Source of the DNA: the human T2T-CHM13v2.0 reference genome, Homo sapiens
Length of the DNA: 64,000 nucleotides
Assembly (NCBI RefSeq): GCF_009914755.1
Contig: NC_060931.1
Reading direction: 5' to 3' (one strand)
A program made the position numbers and the translations under genes. Numbering within the stretch: position 1 is the stretch's first letter; the number at the start of each line of letters is the position of its first letter. Under the pieces are notes generated by a model, which worked only from the letters and a program-made list of their open reading frames with translations, made no database searches and was not told the origin of the DNA. Below are positions 54,402-64,000 of this stretch, one piece after another.

Positions 54402-55342
54402 AAGAAAGGCAAATCCACAGCCAACAATTTAATAATAAAAGTCATGTATTTGTGAATGTAGTTTTACCACTGCTTAGGATTATCCATAATATCACACTTA
54501 AAGCAAACAAGGTTAGTTGCAAGTTGACATAAACACAGATGTCTTTTGTGTAAACAGTCTGTTATAGTCTTGTGATATGAAATTAAATGTATGCATTTGG
54601 AACCAATGAAAACATGAAGCATGAGGGATTGCTGGAATTCCAGTACTGCAGAATGGCAATATTTTTATGCTACTCTTACAACATATGCTTGCAAATCAGC
54701 ATCTGTGGATGGTCAAAGATAACATTAGTGAATTCATTGGCTGCTTCCCCTGGGGTCTGTACCCTCAAAACAGAATTGAATCTTCATCTCTTGCTCTTCA
54801 TGGGGCAAGGATTTATTTTCCTCTTAGATTGCTCTTCTCCCCCTTTTATGTCCCTTCCCATATCCAACTTCATATTCTTCTTTTAAATTCTATAATTTTG
54901 TCTAATTCTCCTTTTTTCCCAAGATCAGGCATAATTTGTCATGTAGTTGAGGTTGAAGGGTTTCAAGAGTTGGTCAAGGTGTAGCTTAAGAAAGCAAGTG
55001 GAATCAATGTGTTTGCTGATACAGGTAACTCAAAGCTAATGGAATTGCCTGTTAAGAGAGAAGTTGGCTTTAAAGCACATCAGTAAGTAGTAGACACAGG
55101 CAGGATTAGGAGTTTGGATTTCATTTTCATTGCAGTGAGGTCATTGAATGTTGGAAAGTGACATGATTAGTCTCACATTTCAAAAAGATAGTTCTGGTTG
55201 TTTGGTAGTAAATGGCTTTAGGGCATCATTAGTGGAGGCAGAGAAAACCAGTTCAGAGGCTATCATACATTTTGAAGGTGAGAGATAATAATGACTTGAA
55301 TAATGTAGGTAGCAGTAAAGAAGGAGGCAGATAGATTTTGAT

Positions 55343-55760
55343 GTGGTGGAAGCTGTGCTGTCCCACCCAGATTCCCCTCAGGACTGAGACACTCATTCCC
55401 TCAGCTCTGGGGAGAGTAGGCTGCCAACAACCCAGAGCTTAGTCCACCTCCAAGACTTGTCCTTTCCTAAGGGAAGTGCCTCATCCATCATGCCTCTGGG
55501 TTGGCCACCCCCATTAACTGCTCAATGAGAAGGAAGTACAAAGGCCCTTGCCTTAATTTAGGACAACCCTGAAAGACCTTCCTAGCTCCATAGCTTCCTG
55601 TGGAATCAGTTGAGGCCTGTGTCGCCACTGCGTTGCAGTTCAGCTGCTCCCGCTGTCATCCTGCTTTCCTATTCCCTTACATATATTCTCCTGAGTACAC
55701 CCCCAGTAAACCTCTTGCATGCAAATCTCTCTGACTCTGTTTCCAATTTGAACCAAGATA
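55343..55760 (+). mobile_element. LTR16-like ERVL solo LTR within L2-like sequence
   Basis: 'tcccacccagattcccctcaggactga' and 'aaacctcttgcatgcaaatctctctga...tgtttcc'. Confidence 0.6.
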
Positions 55761-58700
55761 ATGGAAAATCAGTTTTGGAAGTAGAATTAATGGGGTTTGT
55801 GAACAGATCAGAGGGGGAAAGGTATGGCGCCCAAAATAAAGAAAAGGGAAGAATCTTCTGTCTCTAAGGTTTCTGACTTCCACATCTAGGAGGATGATTA
55901 TGCTTTTCATGGAACTTGGGAAGACTGATGCTCATTATTAGGGTTTTGGATATGCTTTGTGTCAGAAGACACCAAGATTGACCTATTCAAGCAGGAGATG
56001 TCAAGTATGTAGTTAAATACATGAGTTATCCCTTTCTTCAGAGCCCCACTGCCACTTCTCTCATCCTGGTCATCTTCTCTCCTCTGGAGTTCTGCAGTAG
56101 CACTGACTCACCTTTCTGGTTCCAATCATGTTCCTCCTAAATTCACTCTCCATTCTTTAGTTAGGGCTACATTATAAAATGTCATAATTTAAATTTTATA
56201 CTTAAAATGCTTTTGTTGGTTCTCTTTGCCTTGAGATAAAGTCAGGATCTTTTAATTTGGCATGGAAGGTCTGCCACCTGCACCCTGTCCAGATAGTTGA
56301 CCTCATCTCTTTTCAGTCTCTCATGTTTATCACACTGAACTTTTTCATGCCTTGAATGTACTCTGTTTTATCTTATCTCAGGGCCTTTCCACATGGTGTT
56401 TCCTCTGCCTGGGATATTACCACTTTGCACTCTCTCTTCAAAAGACTAATTCCTCCTCATCTTTAGGACCTAGTTTAAATTTTATCTCTTCAGGGATGAC
56501 TTTATGTCTTGGAAGGCCACCCTGTGATATATTTGCAGAGCTCACTATACTTTTCTTATCATAATTCTTATTCCACTTTTATTTTGACAGGGTTCCTGGC
56601 AACTTATTTCTACATTCAGGGAAAGAAAAGTCTGGTCTAAATTAATATAGAATTCTTTTATTTTTCCATACAGTCTTGTCTCTTCTCTTAGTCTTCTTTT
56701 ATATTCAAATCAAAAAGTGCTCAAAACCACAGACAACTTCCCATCTGAGACCCGGGGGTATGAGTTTCCATTAAAATTGACCTCTAGGTCGGATAAAACT
56801 TAATGAGCTTGTCTTTTGACAACTCACCACTCCTCCTGTCACATCCCCTCCTGGCCACAGGTATGGTAAAGCCAAGAATCCTAATAGCAATAGCACATTT
56901 CTCTCCTTACTTGACTCAGGCATGCTAGGAAGATGGGGATTTTCTAGACTCTGCCTGCTTTGTCCTCCTTTGTTGAACTTTGCTCTGAATGAACCTGTTA
57001 TCCCGGCTACAAGTTTTCCAAAGCCATCCCTAGTTTTGTTTTTAAGGCACACCACCTCTTCTGTATAGGGCCCTCTGGTTTTAATGTATTATATTACTTT
57101 ATTTTTTACCACTCATTAGGAATTTCTTAATCAGAGGCTGCCCTGCCCAGACATCTGTCTCTGAAATGCTGGGAGGGTAAGAATGAGAGCAGAACATCAG
57201 AGATTTTGGCTATTGGAGTTGCACTTGGGCATGGATTTTAGCTTTAAATCCTTTATGAATTTCCCAAAGGTCTTTAGGGCTCTTTCTAGACAAAATTTAT
57301 GGGTTATTAAGAGCTTAACATTCACAGATTGACTTTGAGCACTGAAAATGCCAGAGGCCACATGTTGCAATATTGAAACACATTCTTGATATTCACCTTC
57401 ACTTTCTGGATGTCTGCATTTATTAAAGACATAGTCATCAGAGATGATTCTTAGATCCTACCCCTCAAACACTAGGGCCCAATCAGAAAGGGTTTTGTAG
57501 ATGCCAGTCAACTTGGTAGCCTTCGCCACATGCATTCAATGATGACTTATGGCTTGTATCCAGCAAGAATTCCACTCTACAGGTGATTTTCTAGAGAGCT
57601 CTCCTTTGGAGATCTTGAAGACAATATTATTCTGAACTTCCCTGACTGAGAAGTAGAGAGTTGAGCCACCAATCCTGGAATTGCACTCACTGATTGCCTG
57701 GGTATAAGCAGTGACCAGCCTGGTTGGTCATATCTATACACAAAGACTTTGTTCGTGATCCCAGATCTCATCCATGGATTCCTATAAATAGTGGCTCAGT
57801 TAGTCCCCTTTCCTCAAAGGTGATGTTGTCAGGAAACTTGCAACAAAAGTCTGTAAAACTGTCAGAGGTTCTTGCCATTAGGGGATGATGCATAGAAGAA
57901 GATGAGTAGAGACAGATTTTATAGCCATTCTGTAGAATTCATCGGTTTCTCAGGGAACACTAGAGTCAATTGCAATCCAATTGCTTTTCTATTTGTTTCA
58001 GATTAGCTTTCCCTGTTGCTCTGAAACACTTAGGAGAGAGGCTGTGTTTAGTTATTTACTGCTAATCCCTAGTACCTGCAGGGTGTTGGCCCAGAGAAAT
58101 CACTCAATAAATATTCATGTCACCAATAAAGTAATGATTTCAATAGGATACATCTCAATTTGTGCTTCATTTGAGGCTGGTTTTGAGATTGGGTAGTTTG
58201 TCTCAGCTGTTCCTTCTCCTTGCTCCCTTGAAGTCCTCTCCTTCCTAACCAATTCTGTCCCCCACCAGCTGGATGTCCTCTGTCTGTGTCACTGCTGTCA
58301 TGGCATGTGCTCTCTTTGGGATCTGTACTGAAGTCCACTCTCTGTAACTATCCATTGCTGTAGCTATTTTCAATGTCTTCCACAGAGATTATACTCCTCA
58401 TGAAGGCAAGAATACCACCTTGGTATTTGCAGTACCTTGCTGAGTCCTGGTATACAGCAAGAGCAAAAGAAACCTTGAATCTCTGAAGAAACTGTACATT
58501 TCTGGCAAGCTAAGTAACTGAATGACCTTGGAGAAGGTCCTTTGCCACTCAAGACCTAAATTTTTCAATAAGAAAAATGAGAAGTTGAATTTTGATCTCT
58601 AGGATTTAATCTCAACCTTAGAATTAACCATTTTCCTTGCCTTGAGGTAAATCATTTTAGATTGCTTGATAGAGCTTTTTATGCCTTTCTAAGGTCTTTA

Positions 58701-61700
58701 TTACTAATCAACAAGAATCAATGAAATAATGTGGAAGATGCTATGTGGGATGCCAAGTTACAAAAATGTACTTAACATCTCACTTCCTATGTCTTTTCTT
58801 CCTCATTTTTGCCTAAACGTTTGATAAAATGATGGCTGACTTTGTTTTGGGTGTTGGAATGTTAACTTTCATCTATTACTGAGTAATCCAGAATGTCTAC
58901 TTTAGCTCTGCTGATAACCATGTTTGAAAAATTACTTGCACTCTACAGTTGCATGTAGAGTGTCAGATACATTTCTCTCAGCAACAGTCTGTTTTTTAAT
59001 ATGAATATTTGTTTTTGATGTAAAGTTCCATTGTGTCTTTTAATTATGAGTTTGGCTGAAAGCATTCCTAACCATTCTAGTTACTTTATTTTATTTGGGT
59101 GGCGAATTTATATGTTGGTCTGACTTCTCCTTCATTCATTGACTTTAAGTGGGTGAGCTCAAGAAACACATATTCAATATGACTATCCCTTCTTCTCTGG
59201 ATTTAGCATGATCCTAAGCCTGGAAATTATCAGAAGGTAAAATACTCTTCCACATGTGATTAGCTATGTATAGTAGACTAGAAACATGTGGTAAACACTG
59301 GGTTTCTACTGAGATTTCCCTGTTCCCCTCACCTGCCATATTATATATGAAGGCAGTGGGATGACTAGAAGGACTTCTGAAATGACTCATGAAATCTTTG
59401 CTATTCTATGAGCTCAGTACAGGTAAATGACAGATAAGACAAAAGAAACCCAAGTACATTCAAGTGCATTATACCTTCGAGGTACTATATTTATGCATTT
59501 ATTAGGGATTTCCATGCATATCTATTTTTTAGTGACTGCTCAGTACTTGATTTTGAAATTATTCTCCTTATTTCACAAATCTTCATTATCTACATAAAAG
59601 GTTTTTCAAAGCTATTTTTTTCTATATTTGTTTTATTTAAAAAGTATATCTATAGATAAATTGTCTTAAGATCATGCCCTAACAAGAACAAATTCTACTC
59701 TTCTTGTGAGTAGGTGCAAGAAAAGCCCAGGCAAAGAGTCTGTGTTCTTTTGGATTTATCATGTAAATTTTCTGATACAATATTACAATTCAAACACAGT
59801 CAAAAAAGTATGGAATATGAGAACTACAGTGGAAAGAAGCTGAGTTTTATTTAAGAAGCAGATAAGAAGGGTGTAAATAAAACAGAATCAGCAATGGGAT
59901 GAGTTTGCTGTGTACACTACAAATGAGCAACAATACAGCCCAAGAAGATTCCTATCACTCAGTTGTGTGGTCATTCTTTGGGCTGGAAGATGCATTCCGT
60001 TATATGGAGCTCATTAGCATCACAGTCTTCAGCTGCTATCATAAAGCCCAACTACAGCTGTGAGTGCAGCCGTGGGCCTCTCAGCACCTGCCATGCATGG
60101 ATCACTGATTAGAGCCAAGCTTTCAGTGCCTTTGAATTCCAACCCTTCAGTTCAGCTTGGGAAGGGAAGCAAAGTGCACAGAGGCAAAGACAGTAAATAG
60201 TGTTTGGAGGAAGTGCTGGATCAAAAATCCTGTCATCCTTTGTCTTGACAGAGCATGAATGACAAGGGCAGGCTCAGCTGTAGGGTTCCCTGAATCTTCC
60301 CATCCATGAGTGAGCTACATGTACAACCGGGAATGAATGGTGCTCCATCTGCAGAGCCTACCCTGTCACTCTGTGCTGTCAGCAATAACGCCAATTAGTG
60401 TCAGTTTTAATGATGGCTCTCGAGACCCGAGGAAGACCAGTGTTTTGGCTACTGAATAAGAATGTGCTTTTCTATTCGAATTATAAGAAAAATAAAAATT
60501 TTTCTTAGGTCTCCGATGTGGAAAGGAGGTGGTGAGTGAGTAAATCATTTGACTACCATAAACAATATTTTTGTTTAGGCACGACTGATTCTTTGGGGGA
60601 AGTGTTGTATAAACATGTCAGCCTTTGTGATCTGAACCTGAATATGAAATAAGAATGTCCCCAAGTACATTCCCTTCCTAGTTTGACAGAAATTATGGCG
60701 TATACCTGGAATATGTTTTCCAGGAGTGGTGCTGGATTGTGCTGAGCCATTGCCCCTCCTTTCAGACAGGTGACTTGCATTTTCACACTCTCTGAGCTGA
60801 GTGTATATGCAGCTTATAGTAATTGGGAAAGAGGTTTAGGGTTTGCATTTGTGAACTGTGTCTCAGAATGTGATTCTAAATTACTCAGCTGGCTGATGTG
60901 TTCTTAATACAGTCTAATCTTGGCAAGGAGGCACTTACTCTGGACATGTTTCATTCTTGTCTGCCTTCCTTTAATTATCCTTCTGTTTAGCAAAGGAACT
61001 GAACTGCTTAAGTGGCAGAAATGAAGAAGCATTATTTCTAGCCAGCACAAATTTCACGTCAATGCTGATAATCTGGTAGCACAGAGGCAGTTACAATTAT
61101 GGTCTAACACAGAACAGTTTTGTAAGCAAATATTCAATCCTGGAGATGAGAACTAGTTCAAGCCATGAAACTGGCTTACAGTTGCAAGTCAAATTGATGT
61201 AGAAAACTGACGAGGCATGACAAGGTCCATGAGTTTTTTTTAGCACATAAAAAAGAACTCAGGATGTATTTGCCAAATTCTGGGTGATTCATCACCACAC
61301 ATTCTCTCTGTTTTTTAGTGATATTATATGCTGTCAACAATATGGTCTACTCTTTTGTTGTAGAAACAGCATGATGATTTTTTGAAATCTGTTTAAAGAC
61401 CAAGTCTATCCAGACTTAAAAAGAAGTCAGATAACATTTCCATTTTGTCCTATGATGTGTTATTCTTCCTTATTCTTCCTTTCTGAACATGTGGCAGAGT
61501 ATAAAAGGGTTTTTTGGGCTGTCTTGGAATGACATGCTTCCTCTGTTTTACTGATTTCAGTGTGAGCTTGGCATGCTTCTCAGGCTTCTGCTTTGGATTG
61601 TAATTTCGACTTAGGATAGACTTTTAGGACTTTAACTAAGAAACTTAAAGAAATCCACCCTAGAATGTGCTTGAAAAATATGTTTTTTTTCCCCACATCC

Positions 61701-61782
61701 TCATTCTTTGTAGAAGCCTCTGAGCAAGCGGTTCTTCTAAGTTACCCCTTAGAGTGACTCCCTTGACTTCCGAGTTTTAGTT

Positions 61783-61950
61783 CTGTGACTCTCAAACTTG
61801 AATGTGTATATTTTCACCTAGAGGATCTTAATAAGATGCAAATTCTAATTCAGAAGCACTGAGGCAGGGCCCAAGATTTTCTGCATTTCTAACAAGCTCC
61901 CAGGTGACGCTAATGCTACTGAGCTGTGAACCATATTTTGAGTAGGAAGG
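61783..61950. mobile_element. MER5A hAT MITE
   Basis: 'ctgcatttctaacaagctcccaggtgacgctaatgct'. Confidence 0.8.
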
Positions 61951-62489
61951 ATATTCCTGGATTTCCCTAGCTGCTGCTTTCTGAGTTGTATTTTCCTGAT
62001 TCTTTGCATGCTTGGTTACATTTGATTGGATGCCAGAGTGTTACCTTGTTGGATGCTGGATTTTGCATATTCTTATAAATATTCTTGAGCTTTGTTCTGG
62101 GATGCAGCTAAGCTGCTTGGAAATAATTCGAGCCTTTTGAGGCTTGTGTTTAAACTTTGTTAGGTAGGTCCAGAGCAGTGTTAATTTAGGACTTATTTTA
62201 CTCCATTACTAAGGCAATTCTCTTTTGAGTACTCTACCAGAGACTCTAACCATTATGAATTTTTCAATCTGGCTGTTATCCTTGTCTTGTATGAGCTTCA
62301 GGATAAAGAAGATAAGGACTGAGAAAACAAGGTCAATACCTCATAAAAGCAAAACCAAGAAAGAACTCTTAAAAACTAAGGATATTATTTCAAAACTAAC
62401 AACAAGAACATGGTAAATAGGTCAGATATTAAAGTCAAAGAGTAGAGCAGAAAATCTCCCAGAATAGAAAGAGCAAGATATAGAATATG

Positions 62490-62492
<3 letters not shown>

Positions 62493-62537
<45 letters not shown>
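62493..62537. repeat. (GA)n microsatellite
   Basis: About 22 GA units. Confidence 0.98.
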
Positions 62538-62538
<1 letters not shown>

Positions 62539-63532
62539 CATAGACGATCACTGTAGGAAGATGGTTCTTCTTTCTGCCTTTGGTAGTTTCTTCACACAAA
62601 TGCATGGATCAGGACTCATTTGATGACCTGAGACAAATCCTCTGCAGATATCTGGATTTCTGTCTTTGTGCAGCAATCTCTTCCCCTCTACTCTGCCTTG
62701 CACACTCTAATTGCCCTCCCCGCCTTGGTTTCTCAACTCTATGTCCTTAACTTAAGGAGATTGTTGGGATCCCTCTGGGTTCTTCTCCATTCATCCTGGA
62801 CACTTTTACAGGCCCTTTATTTCCCTTCTTGTGTAGAGCACTGTCTTATACCACCTGATGTCCAATGTCTAACAACCATTGTCTTCATATATTTTTTTCC
62901 CAGTGTTCTAGGCATGAAGATAAATTTGGCCCATTACTTCATCTTGGCCAGATGTTGAAATCCCTAGATATTATTTTCTATCCTGATTGTCTTTGGTTAT
63001 TTAGCTTAGTGTCAAGAACCGTGCCCTGCTCGCAAACTAACGAGTAAGTCTGCCACAGTTACAGTGCTGGCAGAAGACATGAGACATCTAGATCAGAGAA
63101 AAAGGATATCTTGTTCATGGCACAGCAAAGAGCTTGAGCTTCATGTCCCATTTGTTCCTCTTGTCCTCCAAGTCCTATGAGGATATGTGGAGTGGCCTAG
63201 ATGAATGGTGTGCACACAGTGGGTCTGCATCACAGCTGAGGATCCCTGGGCTCCAGTCTTATAAAGAAACTTCTGGCCAATTTGCCAAAACTTTGTTCTG
63301 AAAGGAGACTTAAAAAATTATTCTGGTCACTAAAAAACATTCTGCTCTCTGCCCCAGAGGGAGACACTATCTTTAACTTCCAATATGTTCACTATATAAT
63401 CATTCTTGGGAAAGATAGTCTGGATGAAAACTGTCACAAGACATGTTGAACCTCTCTGGAGAATAGCTCCTCAACACTAAGCTTTAAAAATGAACTGGCT
63501 GAGGTCTTTTGGACTGTGGTTACTTCAACTAC

Positions 63533-64000
63533 TTTATTTATTTATTTTATTTTATTATTATTATACTTTAAGTTTTAGGATACATGTGCAGAATGTGCAG
63601 GTTTGTTACATATGTATACATGTGCCATGTTGGTGTGCTGCACCCATTAACTCGTCATTTAGCATTACGTATATCTCCTAATGCTACCCCTCCCCCCTTT
63701 CCCCCACCCCACAACAGTCCCCAGAGTGTGATGTTCCCCTTCCTGTGTCCATATGTTCTCGTTGTTCAATTCCCACCTATGAGTGAGAACATGCGGTGTT
63801 TGGTTTTTTGTCCTCGCGATAGTTTGCTGAGAATGATGGTTTCCAGTTTCATCCATGTCCCTACAAAGGACATGAACTCATCATTTTTATGGCTGTATAG
63901 TATTCCATGGTGTATATGTGCCACATTTTCTTAATCCAGTCCATTGCTGTTGGACATTTGAGTTGGTTCCAAGTCTTTGCTATTGTGAATAGTGCCACAA
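63533..64000 (-). mobile_element. L1PA3/4-like 3' end, running off the window
   Basis: 'ttattatactttaagttttagg...cccattaactcgtcatttagcatta' antisense L1PA 3'UTR. Confidence 0.95.

Noticed and set aside
58939-58962. 9-bp inverted repeat cactctaca/tgtagagtg, and a T/A-run hairpin at 61230-61261
   Set aside because: Short isolated hairpins are expected by chance; no RNA gene context.

Overview
Primate (almost certainly human: it carries an AluYb8 and an SVA) repeat-rich intronic or intergenic DNA. No conventional host protein-coding exon is recognisable, and nearly all listed ORFs are transposon remnants or noise. The dominant structure is a five-level nested insertion: an L2 is split by an antisense L1MA (11-bp TSD), which is split by a near full-length HERV-L provirus (MLT2A LTRs, gag-pro-pol-dUTPase, no env), whose gag holds an AluS, which holds a 5'-truncated SVA (15-bp TSD). 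Also present are a ~7.2-kb near full-length antisense L1M, several truncated L1PA copies (one with a clear ~360-bp 3' transduction inside a 16-bp TSD), Alus, MaLR LTRs, DNA transposon MITEs and microsatellites. The most unusual observations are a chain of strongly signalled plus-strand micro-exon candidates (11-33 nt) with mutually compatible reading frames, a HERV-L 3' LTR retaining promoter and splice-donor motifs that the 5' LTR lost, and several templated-insertion or fold-back repair scars. Repeat subfamily calls are from recalled consensus sequences, by eye, and boundaries of old repeats are approximate.
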